Positions 20,630 to 29,589 of a DNA stretch of 64,000 bases are shown here, piece by piece. The position numbers were made by a program, and so were the translations under genes. Every line of letters starts with the position of its first letter. Position 1 is the first letter of the stretch. Source of the DNA: Coprothermobacterota bacterium (GTDB taxonomy: Bacteria; Coprothermobacterota; HKB111); the NCBI GenBank assembly GCA_037440465.1, contig JBBIUB010000005.1, positions 1 to 64,000 on the forward strand, read 5' to 3'. The notes below the pieces were generated by a model. It was not told the DNA's origin, searched no databases, and worked only from the letters and a program-made list of their open reading frames with translations.

Positions 20630-21850
20630 CTACTTAAATGATGAAAGGGATAACTTTAATACCCTTCCTTTTGCGCCAACTCCGATGAAATCACCCCAGG
20701 AAAACACAGAAAAAACAGGAATTTTAAGAGTATAGGTTCCAATTCGTTCATAAGCTTTATTTACTGAAGAGTTATACGCCTCAAGATTCCACATATAATT
20801 ACCTGTTTCTATATCCATATCCCCACGATATGAAATCACCAGAGTACCATCATCCATAAAAGTTACAGTCTCTGCTCTAATAATATTGTTTACCACTTCT
20901 TTTTCCCATAATATAGACAGGTTACCATCACTGCTTATTAAATTAACTTGAATTATATGATCAGGACCTCTTTCATAATGGGTAACAAGGGTATAAATAT
21001 CTTTATCAGGATGACTGAACAAACTTAAGAAATTTCTTTTCAAGCTTAAAGATTGACCATCGTTTCTGTTAATTGTAACCGTATTATCTGAATTTATTGT
21101 TACAGCTAAGATTTTACCGTTTTTTGTAAAAAGGAAATCTTTGATAAATGGTAAATTCCAGATTTTTTTACCATCCAGGGAGTAAATACCGGTATCTGAT
21201 GAATAATATATTTCTGGTCCTGAGATTGATTTATATAGTTTATGAGGAATCTCATTAAGGGGAATTCTTTCAATGATTTCGCTCTGGGATATACTAACTT
21301 TATAGACGATCCCGCCAGTATCTTTACTTATACCACCGACGAGAAGGTTATCTTCATCCTGAAATACGATAGAGGTAAGTTCATCAGGGTGGAAATCATA
21401 GTAGAGTGTCTCTCCTTTAGCAGAAAAAACTCCTACGCTTCTGTCTTTACCGGAAAAAGCAAATTTATCTAATGAAGTTTTAAGCCCCACCAGATTGGTA
21501 GGTGCATAAACTTCACGAAACTCACCTTTATTATCTATAATATAACAGCGATTAGCCATTTGAGAATGAATAATAACAGCTTCATTAGTATTAATAGCCA
21601 AACCGTAGTCTGACCAGGCTTCAAGATATACCGGGTTACCCTGAGGATCAGTCATCTCCAGTTTGGGTAAAGATATATCGAGTTCACCTATCTTACCCGA
21701 GGTATCAGGCTTTACATTACCTGCAAACCACGGAATAAGACCTCGGTCTTTCAGAATAAGATAAGTACCTAATAGAATTAATAGAACAGCCACACAGGAA
21801 ATGGCTATTATTTTAGAAGATTTTATAGTAATCTTTTCCTTATAAACCAA
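20630..21850 (-). CDS. Membrane-anchored hypothetical protein, beta-rich (possible propeller)
   Basis: 406-aa ORF with N-terminal TM helix, repeated short beta segments and xDGxxxW patterns; SD AAGGTGG. Confidence 0.65.
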   Translation of the reverse strand: MVYKEKITIKSSKIIAISCVAVLLILLGTYLILKDRGLIPWFAGNVKPDTSGKIGELDISLPKLEMTDPQGNPVYLEAWSDYGLAINTNEAVIIHSQMANRCYIIDNKGEFREVYAPTNLVGLKTSLDKFAFSGKDRSVGVFSAKGETLYYDFHPDELTSIVFQDEDNLLVGGISKDTGGIVYKVSISQSEIIERIPLNEIPHKLYKSISGPEIYYSSDTGIYSLDGKKIWNLPFIKDFLFTKNGKILAVTINSDNTVTINRNDGQSLSLKRNFLSLFSHPDKDIYTLVTHYERGPDHIIQVNLISSDGNLSILWEKEVVNNIIRAETVTFMDDGTLVISYRGDMDIETGNYMWNLEAYNSSVNKAYERIGTYTLKIPVFSVFSWGDFIGVGAKGRVLKLSLSSFK

Positions 21851-21908
21851 TTTACACCACCTTTTTTAATTAATGTTATTAATCCTTCTCCTTTTTAGTT
21901 TCTTTGTA

Positions 21909-22061
21909 GGGCTTGAGGGTTCAAGGATTCAAGGGTTCGAGTAAAATTCATAAAAAAACAACTCCTTGACCACTTAAACACTTGTACTCTATATTTCTCA
22001 CTCACTTAAATCCTTGACTCCTGGACCCATTGAATCCTATTTTCCTAGCTCCCTTAAACCA
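21909..22061. repeat. Inverted octamer array element, copy B
   Basis: GGGCTTGA GGGTTCAA GGATTCAA GGGTTCGA -25 nt- TTGACCAC TTAAACAC TTGTACTC -16 nt- TTAAATCC TTGACTCC TGGACCCA TTGAATCC -16 nt- TTAAACCA. Confidence 0.85.
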
Positions 22062-22140
22062 TCTCAATAAAGCAACTAATTTGGAGATCATCCATGTAAT
22101 ATATATTATATTATACTACTTATAAAAGGTGAGTAATTAG

Positions 22141-24444
22141 ATGCCAAAATTAATAATAACTGAAAAAGAAAGTGTAGCTGATGCGATAGCCAGAACACTT
22201 GGGCTTGAAAAAGAAAAGGATAGCTACTTTGAAGGAAAGGGGTATATTATGTCCTGGGCTTCAGGGCATCTAATAGAGCTGTCCGAACCAGAAGATTATG
22301 CAAAGAAATATAGTTTCTGGACTTTAAAAGACCTTCCAATAATTCCAGAAACCTTTATACTGAAAGCAAAGAAGAATAGACAGCTTAATACACTAACTAA
22401 ACTTTTAAAGAGAAAAGATATAGACGTGGTAATTAATGCTTGTGATGCTGGACGAGAAGGCGAGCTTATATTCAGGTACATATATGAATTTTCAAAGAAC
22501 AAAAAACCAGTAGAGCGATTGTGGTTAAATGCGCTAACTCCAGAAGCTATCCTGAATGCCTTTTCAATTCTTAAGGAACAAAGTGAATATGACCCTCTTT
22601 ATGAGGCTGCAAGATGTAGGGCAGAATCTGATTGGCTTGTGGGAATGAATTGCACGCGTGCTTTTACAGTAAAACATGGACTCCTGCTTTCTGTGGGAAG
22701 GGTACAAACACCTACACTTTCTATTATAGCAAAAAGGGATTTAGAAATTAAATCTTTTATACCAACAAAATTCTTTGAAATTTGGGCTATTTTTGAGAGT
22801 AAGAAAGGTCAGTACAAAGGAAAATGGAAAAATAAAGAAGACAGGCTTTATAAAGAAGAAGATGCAGAGAAAATAAGAAATAAGGTAGAAGGCAAGAATG
22901 GATTCGTAAAATCATACACTGAAAAGGAAGAAAAGGTTGTTCCACCATTACTCTTTGATTTGGGTTCTCTACAACGAGATGCTAGTCAAAGATTTGGATT
23001 CTCAGCTTCTAGAACACTTAAGATAGCCCAGAGTCTCTATGAAAATAGAAAGCTTATCACATATCCCAGAACAGATAGTAAATATTTACCTACTTCATAT
23101 ATCTCAGAGAGCACAACCACACTTAAAGCCTTAAACATTTCTCCTTATTCTAACTGGGTAGAATCTATCCTTAAAAAGAAAATCTCTATAAATCCCAGAA
23201 TCTTCAATGATGCTAAAGTAACAGACCATCACGCTATAGTCCCAACTACCCTTAAACCTGATATAGAAGGATTAAGTAGAGAAGAACTTAAATTATATGA
23301 CCTCATAGCCAAACGCTTCATCAGTGTCTTTCTTCCTTTTGATATTTATAATAAAGTTAATATAGAAACTATTGTCGATGGTGAATTATTTATTACCACT
23401 GAAAAAGAGCTAATAAAAGCTGGATGGTCTTCTATTTATGGCAAAGAAGGTAAATTAACTAAATATGCACTCAAACTTACAAAAAATGAAGAAGTAAAAA
23501 CTCTTGATGTTTCTTTAGAAGAGGGGATTACAACGCCTCCCCCAAGGTTAACTGATGGAACCCTTATATCAGCCATGGAATCAGCCGGTCGTTTGGTTGA
23601 AGAAGAAGAGCTTAAAGACGCCTTGAAAGATAAAGGCCTAGGGACACCAGCTACCAGATCCCAGATTATTGAAAGATTGATAGAGGTTCAATATATTGAA
23701 AGAGATGGTCCAAATTTAGTTGTAACACCCAAAGGAATGGAGTTTATCTCGCTACTGGAAGGCCAACACAGAGAATTAGCCTCTCCTGAACTCACAGCTG
23801 AGTGGGAATATAGATTAAAGTTAATTGAACGGTCTATGGAAAAAAGAGATAAATTTATGGATGATATAAAATATTTCGTAAACTCCGTTGTTGAAAAAAT
23901 AAAAACAACTAATAGAAATCAGTATCTAAAAGCTACTGTAAGAAGAGTTGTAGGAATTTGCCCTTTATGCGGTAAAGAGGTTAGAGAAAATAGAAAAGCC
24001 TTTGCTTGTGATAGCTTCAAAACAGGATGTCCTGTAACAATTTGGAAAAAAAGTTATGGAAGAAACATCACCTTTCTGGAAGCTGAGGAACTCCTCGCTT
24101 CAAAGAAAATAGGACCACTGAGGTTTAGGTCAAAAGCCGGAAAGTTATACAGTGCTTATTTAATACTTGGTAACGAGGGAGTTAGAATTGAATTTTCCCA
24201 GAAGTTTCTTCCAGTAGAGACCCAGAATAAACCAGCCAAGAGAAAAACTCATAGAAAGAAACCAGATATAAAGAAAGCAGTTGAAGAAAAACCTTTCGTT
24301 GAAAATAACAACCATGACATCAGTAGCGGGGTCAAGGAGCCAGAAATCATTTCTAAACAGAATCTCGTGAAAAAGGATAAAAGCCCTGTCAAAACTAAAA
24401 AAAGCCCAAGCCCCAGAAATAAGAAGAAGAATCAAGCTGATTAA
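22141..24444 (+). CDS. topB: DNA topoisomerase III (type IA)
   Basis: ITEK, WASGH, NACDAGREGE, DWLVGMN, SVGRVQTPT, catalytic ITYPRTDS, GLGTPATR, C-terminal Zn ribbon. Confidence 0.93.
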   Translation: MPKLIITEKESVADAIARTLGLEKEKDSYFEGKGYIMSWASGHLIELSEPEDYAKKYSFWTLKDLPIIPETFILKAKKNRQLNTLTKLLKRKDIDVVINACDAGREGELIFRYIYEFSKNKKPVERLWLNALTPEAILNAFSILKEQSEYDPLYEAARCRAESDWLVGMNCTRAFTVKHGLLLSVGRVQTPTLSIIAKRDLEIKSFIPTKFFEIWAIFESKKGQYKGKWKNKEDRLYKEEDAEKIRNKVEGKNGFVKSYTEKEEKVVPPLLFDLGSLQRDASQRFGFSASRTLKIAQSLYENRKLITYPRTDSKYLPTSYISESTTTLKALNISPYSNWVESILKKKISINPRIFNDAKVTDHHAIVPTTLKPDIEGLSREELKLYDLIAKRFISVFLPFDIYNKVNIETIVDGELFITTEKELIKAGWSSIYGKEGKLTKYALKLTKNEEVKTLDVSLEEGITTPPPRLTDGTLISAMESAGRLVEEEELKDALKDKGLGTPATRSQIIERLIEVQYIERDGPNLVVTPKGMEFISLLEGQHRELASPELTAEWEYRLKLIERSMEKRDKFMDDIKYFVNSVVEKIKTTNRNQYLKATVRRVVGICPLCGKEVRENRKAFACDSFKTGCPVTIWKKSYGRNITFLEAEELLASKKIGPLRFRSKAGKLYSAYLILGNEGVRIEFSQKFLPVETQNKPAKRKTHRKKPDIKKAVEEKPFVENNNHDISSGVKEPEIISKQNLVKKDKSPVKTKKSPSPRNKKKNQAD

Positions 24445-24837
24445 ACCTCCATAAAGGAATGATTCAGAATATTTTAAAGGAGGTTTTATTTTCATAATTA
24501 GAATCATGGCAAGAAAGGCTGATAGTTTCAAGAAGATTCCTTGTATGATTAATTTACGCACATCTTTTAGATGAATCATTTCTATGTCATTAAAAAGTGT
24601 AATATTTCCCTTTTCAGAAATAAAATATAACTCATCGGAGGTTCTAAAAGAGAAAAAGAATTTCATTAAACCCATATACAGAGATAGTGGATTAATCGTT
24701 TGATAAAGACCTGCTTCTTTGAGTGTTCCTAACCTTGTTAACTCGCAGGTATAGAGAAAAGGATTCAAGGCTACCAGAAAAGTGGAACTAAGGATAATAA
24801 TTACTATAAAAAGTGTTAGTGTAATAAGAACACGCAA
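24160..24837 (-). CDS. TIGR01906/DUF1461-like integral membrane protein
   Basis: EMIHLKDVRKL, FDRAFILFHEILFRNDFWLLDPATD..V..F; overlaps the topB 3' end antisense. Confidence 0.8.
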   Translation of the reverse strand: MRVLITLTLFIVIIILSSTFLVALNPFLYTCELTRLGTLKEAGLYQTINPLSLYMGLMKFFFSFRTSDELYFISEKGNITLFNDIEMIHLKDVRKLIIQGIFLKLSAFLAMILIMKIKPPLKYSESFLYGGLISLILLLISGAWAFFSFDRAFILFHEILFRNDFWLLDPATDVMVVIFNERFFFNCFLYIWFLSMSFSLGWFILGLYWKKLLGKFNSNSLVTKY

Positions 24838-24845
24838 TATTACAA

Positions 24846-26003
24846 TTATAACTCCTGTTCATCAATATGTCTGATTAAGTAATCAACGAATTTGAAAGCC
24901 TCGTTAAGAGTAGTTGGGTTAACGTTGTCATAAGTATCTGTATACCAGTGCCAGTTGGGAATAATTCCCTTATCGTCGGTAGCTATAACAGTCATAGCCC
25001 GATACCCACGAATTAAAAAAGGTAAGGCATCGGTAGAAAGGGTTCTATAGGAAAAAGGTGTGATAGATAATTCAGAATGCTTGCTTCTTACTTCATCTGC
25101 TAACCTTAATAGATTGGTATCCACCGGGATAGAAAACAGGACACCTTCTGAAACAGTGTAATGGAGCTTGCAGCAACCAACATTATCTACATTAATAATG
25201 AATGAATTTTGAAAACTGTTTTTGTATTTCTTTGAGAAGAGAAGACTGCCATATGTGCCTGTTTCCTCTGCACCAGTAAAAAGGAAAGAAACAGAAGTTT
25301 TCAAAAGACTCTCCTTACTCAAGCTTTCAATTAATCCCAGGAGAACCGCCACTCCTGAAGCATTATCAGAGGCTCCTTTAGTGTGTGTATAAAAGAACTC
25401 TCGTACTATAAGAAGAACTCCAGTTACAAAAACATAGAGAAAACCCGCGCAAATCAGTATATAAAGAGGTAGCAAAGATATTATTGAGTAAATCAAGATA
25501 AGTAAAGGCACCAGAAAAAGCACGGCTTGCTGTAGAAGAAATGTTGTTCTGAACCCCTTAACCATAGAAGGTGAAAAGTAAGATGCTGCCTTTGAGGAGT
25601 CAATATGCGCAACGAGTAGAATCTTTTGTTCAGTAGAACCAGTTGGATCAATTTCACAGGTTATATTTGCGGTTTTAGTGCGATCTGGTGTTAATAAACT
25701 GAAAAGACCCCAATAAGTATAGAGTTCAAGGATATAAAAAACCAGTATCGTTATAATAACAGGAAGCCACAATATGTTTAGAGTCTTTAGAAATAGTATG
25801 TTTACTACAAGGTAAATACTATAAAAGATGATATAAACCCAACTAAAGGTAGCTTGAGCTGTGAAATATTCTTCTTTTCCTTTTATTCCATTTCTATTAA
25901 GAAAATCAAATATATATTTCCTGGCTTTTACTTCTCCTGGGGTTCCTGTTCCGCGTGGACCAATCTCCTCAGCTAACGCAAAAACATGTTTCAATAAATC
26001 CAT
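24846..26003 (-). CDS. M28 family metallopeptidase, membrane-associated
   Basis: IGPRGTGT, AHIDS, GASDNASGVA, GAEETG, NVDNVG, WHWYTD. Confidence 0.88.
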   Translation of the reverse strand: MDLLKHVFALAEEIGPRGTGTPGEVKARKYIFDFLNRNGIKGKEEYFTAQATFSWVYIIFYSIYLVVNILFLKTLNILWLPVIITILVFYILELYTYWGLFSLLTPDRTKTANITCEIDPTGSTEQKILLVAHIDSSKAASYFSPSMVKGFRTTFLLQQAVLFLVPLLILIYSIISLLPLYILICAGFLYVFVTGVLLIVREFFYTHTKGASDNASGVAVLLGLIESLSKESLLKTSVSFLFTGAEETGTYGSLLFSKKYKNSFQNSFIINVDNVGCCKLHYTVSEGVLFSIPVDTNLLRLADEVRSKHSELSITPFSYRTLSTDALPFLIRGYRAMTVIATDDKGIIPNWHWYTDTYDNVNPTTLNEAFKFVDYLIRHIDEQEL

Positions 26004-26075
26004 GTTAGTCTCTCCTCATTTATTCTATTATTCATTATTTTACATTATTTATTGGCAAATTATGGGCCTTCCTTA

Positions 26076-26104
26076 TTGACCAATAATAAGAAAACAGGTA
26101 AAAT
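26076..26104 (+). promoter_or_regulatory. Sigma70-type promoter for the SH3/spoIID pair
   Basis: TTGACC-17 nt-TAAAAT, followed by SD AGGAGG and ATG 26133. Confidence 0.65.
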
Positions 26105-26132
26105 AAAGAAAACTACCAAAAAGGAGGTATTT

Positions 26133-26624
26133 ATGAGGAAAATAATACTAAGAATAGTGATTATTACACTGGTTCTGGCAACAGGTTTTTTCTTTTTTAC
26201 CAGCCTTGACCGGGGTTTTATTCAAGCACAGAGCTCTTCTAGCCCAGGGTCACCAACAGATCCTCTGGTTTCTAAGTCTTATGTAGATGGTAAAATCAAC
26301 GAAGTAATGAAGGAAATTAATCAACTCAAAAATGAGATAAACCTTCTTAAAACCCAGAATAAGGTTTTCCTTGATGAGCTTGCTACCATAAAAAAGCAGA
26401 TAAGTACTCTTGGTGGTGGAGGAACTACTCAGCAAAAAGGAGTAGTAACTGCGCAAACATTAAATGTTAGAAAGGGGCCAGGGACAAATTATGAGCGAAT
26501 AACAGTCATTAACCTTGGAACAGAAGTAACTATCCTAAAAAAAGAAGGAAATTGGTTATTCATTAAACTTAAAGATGGGAAAGAAGGATGGGCACACGCA
26601 GGATTTATAAAAATATTGCCCTGA
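26133..26624 (+). CDS. Secreted coiled-coil protein with C-terminal SH3b domain
   Basis: Signal peptide, PGSPTDPLVSKSYVD, coiled coil, LNVRKGPGTNY...W..I...GKEGW. Confidence 0.85.
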   Translation: MRKIILRIVIITLVLATGFFFFTSLDRGFIQAQSSSSPGSPTDPLVSKSYVDGKINEVMKEINQLKNEINLLKTQNKVFLDELATIKKQISTLGGGGTTQQKGVVTAQTLNVRKGPGTNYERITVINLGTEVTILKKEGNWLFIKLKDGKEGWAHAGFIKILP

Positions 26625-28189
26625 TTTCAATAATTTTCTTTCTAATAATCTTTCCTCAGGGCGTTTCTTCATCAACTCAACCTATCAAAATTGGCCTGGC
26701 TGTCAGCCAGTTAGAAAATATTTTATCCATAAATCAGGGTATTTACTTCCTGGAGATAAGTATGACTGGAGAAATGGCTGCTTTTAATGATGGTAGTTCC
26801 ATACCAATTAGAATAAGTAATCGCAATGAATCCACATACTCTATTATGATTGGAGCATTTCCTCGGCTTGGCTTATATCCTTATGAAGGAGAAGAAGGAG
26901 CCTTAAAAGCCCTTATAAAATTGAAAGAGTTAGGTTTTCAGGGAACAATTGTAGCTTTTAATCTGATACCTGGTTATGTAATTGAAGTAGGGAGATTTAA
27001 TGACCTCCTCGAAGCTGAGCTTTTCCGTTTACGAATTGCACAATACTTTCCAGAAGCAACCATCCTTCCTACCTTGAGAAAAGGTTTAACTATTACACAC
27101 CCTGACTTTGAAATCTTTTTCCCTACCTTTGAAAATCAACCTTTACAGAATTTAGCTTCATTAAAACCCTTCGGGTCGGGACTTATAAGTTTAAACAAAA
27201 AACTTTACCGAGGAGCGATGAATATTGTCTGGTCCTCAAACCAAGAGAATTTCCACTTAATAAACGAGCTCCCAATTGAAGAATATCTTCTGGGTGTTGT
27301 TCCTTCTGAAATGCCTGATTCTTTCCTTATTGAAGCCTTGAAGACTCAGGCCATAACTGCCAGAACCTATGCCCTAAAAAATAGAGGACGTTTTGCTAAA
27401 GAAGGGTATGATCTGTGCGATACTTCACTAAGCCAGGTCTATGGTGGTTTTAGCGCAGAAAAACCTAATAGCACTCAAGCAGTGAAGGACACCTTCGGGA
27501 TAGTACTAAGCTACCAGAATCAGCTTGCAAACACATTCTACCACTCTACTTCTGGTGGAAAGACTGAGAAAATAGAAAACGTATGGGGAGGTTCTCCAAT
27601 TCCCTATCTTGTATCTGTAGAAAGTCCTTATGAAACTATGTCGCCCCACTATGAATGGGTAAGAACCTTTTCATCCTCTGAAACCAGTTCAAAGATTAAC
27701 CGGCTGCTCTCAGATAGAGGATTGAAAGCTATCGGAAATGTAGTAAACATTCAGGTTTTAACCAGAGGAGCCTCACCACGAATCATAACTGCCCGCATAA
27801 CGGGTGATAAAGACAATGTTGAAGTTAGTGGTGGTTTCCTCAAGTCTGCACTTGGATTAAGAGAAACTTGGGCCTATTTTGAATTTGATGGGGGTCCTGG
27901 AAAAATTGTCAATATAATAGGTAAAGATAATATTATTTACGAAAGGATCCTTGGCGAAGTACTTAATAATACACTTTTAACAGGATTAAACAGTATAACT
28001 CTTAGGGGAAAAGAAATAGAAACAAGAATATCTCTCAATTGGCAGATCATGACGGTCAAAGGAAGGGGTTGGGGACATGGCGTTGGTATGTCTCAATGGG
28101 GTGCCTATGGGATGTCCCAGGCAGGTTGGAATTATGAAAAAATTCTTGGTCATTTTTATCCAGGTACTTTTTTAAACAAGATATATTAA
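26588..28189 (+). CDS. SpoIID/LytB domain lytic transglycosylase-like protein, probably with a SPOR-like insert
   Basis: EEYLLGVVPSEMP, EALKTQAITARTY, QVYGG, YHSTSGG, GRGWGHGVGMSQWGA. Confidence 0.92.
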   Translation: MGTRRIYKNIALISIIFFLIIFPQGVSSSTQPIKIGLAVSQLENILSINQGIYFLEISMTGEMAAFNDGSSIPIRISNRNESTYSIMIGAFPRLGLYPYEGEEGALKALIKLKELGFQGTIVAFNLIPGYVIEVGRFNDLLEAELFRLRIAQYFPEATILPTLRKGLTITHPDFEIFFPTFENQPLQNLASLKPFGSGLISLNKKLYRGAMNIVWSSNQENFHLINELPIEEYLLGVVPSEMPDSFLIEALKTQAITARTYALKNRGRFAKEGYDLCDTSLSQVYGGFSAEKPNSTQAVKDTFGIVLSYQNQLANTFYHSTSGGKTEKIENVWGGSPIPYLVSVESPYETMSPHYEWVRTFSSSETSSKINRLLSDRGLKAIGNVVNIQVLTRGASPRIITARITGDKDNVEVSGGFLKSALGLRETWAYFEFDGGPGKIVNIIGKDNIIYERILGEVLNNTLLTGLNSITLRGKEIETRISLNWQIMTVKGRGWGHGVGMSQWGAYGMSQAGWNYEKILGHFYPGTFLNKIY

Positions 28190-28193
28190 ATAC

Positions 28194-28219
28194 TTGAGGG
28201 GCCCCAAAGAGCCCCCCAA
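28194..28219. terminator. Probable bidirectional terminator hairpin
   Basis: TTGAGGGGC-CCCAAAGA-GCCCCCCAA between convergent genes. Confidence 0.45.
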
Positions 28220-28248
28220 ATCAACTTTTAATTTATAATAACCTGATT

Positions 28249-29589
28249 TTAAAACTCTGTAACACCTGTAAACCTGAAGCTCTTTATTTTGAGTGCAGGT
28301 ACTAATGATGAACCAAACCATGTAGGAATAAGACTTCTATTTTTACTAACCATTTCAACACCCTCAAGAGCCTCAAAGAAGGGTTGTGTAAAGCGTAAAT
28401 TTTTAACAGGTTTGACCACCTTACCATTTTCTATGAGAAAAGTCCCATCACGGGTCATTCCTGTTGAAATAACCCTTACGGGGTCAATCGGATTAACATA
28501 GTGGAACCTTGTTACAAAAATACCCTTCTTAACAGACTTTATCATATCTTCCAGAGAATAATCTCCACTATCCATAAAAAGATTAAGAGGAATGGCTCCG
28601 AAATGCGCTTCTGTTGAAGGTAAAGAGTGACCAGTTGGATTGACGCCTGCTTTCTTAGCAGTATGGGAATCGTAAACCAGACCACTCGCTATACCTTCCT
28701 TTATAAAAAATACCTTCTTTTTGGGTTCACCCTCAAAGTCAAAAGGAAGAGGTAAGCCAGCGGGATCCAGGCCATCATCGTAGATCGTTACCAGAGGAGA
28801 AGCTACAGGTGAACCCATTTTAAGTTTTATGTAAGATCTACCTTCTTCAGCAGCTTTTCCATTAAAACTCAAATATGAGAGCATTTGAAGTATATCAGCA
28901 GTAGCATAGGGCTTTAGTACAACCTCATACTCACCTGGCTCTAAAGTCTGCGGTATTTCTGTTGATAAACAAGTATATAAAGCTTCCCCTGATACTTCAT
29001 CAATGTTAAGCTTGGAAAAATCTGCTCCTACAGTCTCTCCATAACCACTTCTTCCACCTTTAAGGAAAATGACTCTGAACTCTGTTTTAGTGAATGGAAA
29101 ATAAGCTTGAAGACCCCGACTATTTAAAATACAAAGCTCATTAACCTCATTAGTTACCGCACCATAAGCATTTGCTCCATTTCTTTTAGCTTTTTCTATT
29201 AATTTAGCTACTACCTGTGCTCGTTCATCTGGAGAAACCCTAACTGTTGCCTCTGCAACTCCTTCCATTTTCTGATATAACTGAGGTTCGGGAAGCTCAG
29301 GCAAGTTAGGATTTTCAGGCATAAGTTGAGCTATAGATTTAGCTTTCTTTAATGCAATTTCCAAACCCGTTGAAGAAATATCATTAGTGGATGTAACACC
29401 AACCCGCTGACCGATAGTATAACTAAGGGTAGCCTCTAAGTTTGTTTCAGCAACATTCTGGTGTATTTCATTATTGGCAAACCTTGTAAGAAAGGATTCT
29501 GTTCCAGTAAGTGATATCTTCAATTCACCTTTATCTACAAAACTCAATACCTCCTTTCCAAATTCTACTAACTTCTTTTCGCCTATCAT
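28249..29589 (-). CDS. TldE/PmbA family protein
   Basis: LTRFANNEIHQN, PFDFEG, TGMTRDG, PVKNLRF; ATG 29589 overlaps the tldD stop. Confidence 0.9.
   Translation of the reverse strand: MIGEKKLVEFGKEVLSFVDKGELKISLTGTESFLTRFANNEIHQNVAETNLEATLSYTIGQRVGVTSTNDISSTGLEIALKKAKSIAQLMPENPNLPELPEPQLYQKMEGVAEATVRVSPDERAQVVAKLIEKAKRNGANAYGAVTNEVNELCILNSRGLQAYFPFTKTEFRVIFLKGGRSGYGETVGADFSKLNIDEVSGEALYTCLSTEIPQTLEPGEYEVVLKPYATADILQMLSYLSFNGKAAEEGRSYIKLKMGSPVASPLVTIYDDGLDPAGLPLPFDFEGEPKKKVFFIKEGIASGLVYDSHTAKKAGVNPTGHSLPSTEAHFGAIPLNLFMDSGDYSLEDMIKSVKKGIFVTRFHYVNPIDPVRVISTGMTRDGTFLIENGKVVKPVKNLRFTQPFFEALEGVEMVSKNRSLIPTWFGSSLVPALKIKSFRFTGVTEF

Noticed and set aside
21909..22061. Octamer/heptamer arrays as a CRISPR array
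   Set aside because: Units are 7-8 nt, degenerate, tandem and inverted; there are no 23-47-nt direct repeats with unique spacers and no cas genes
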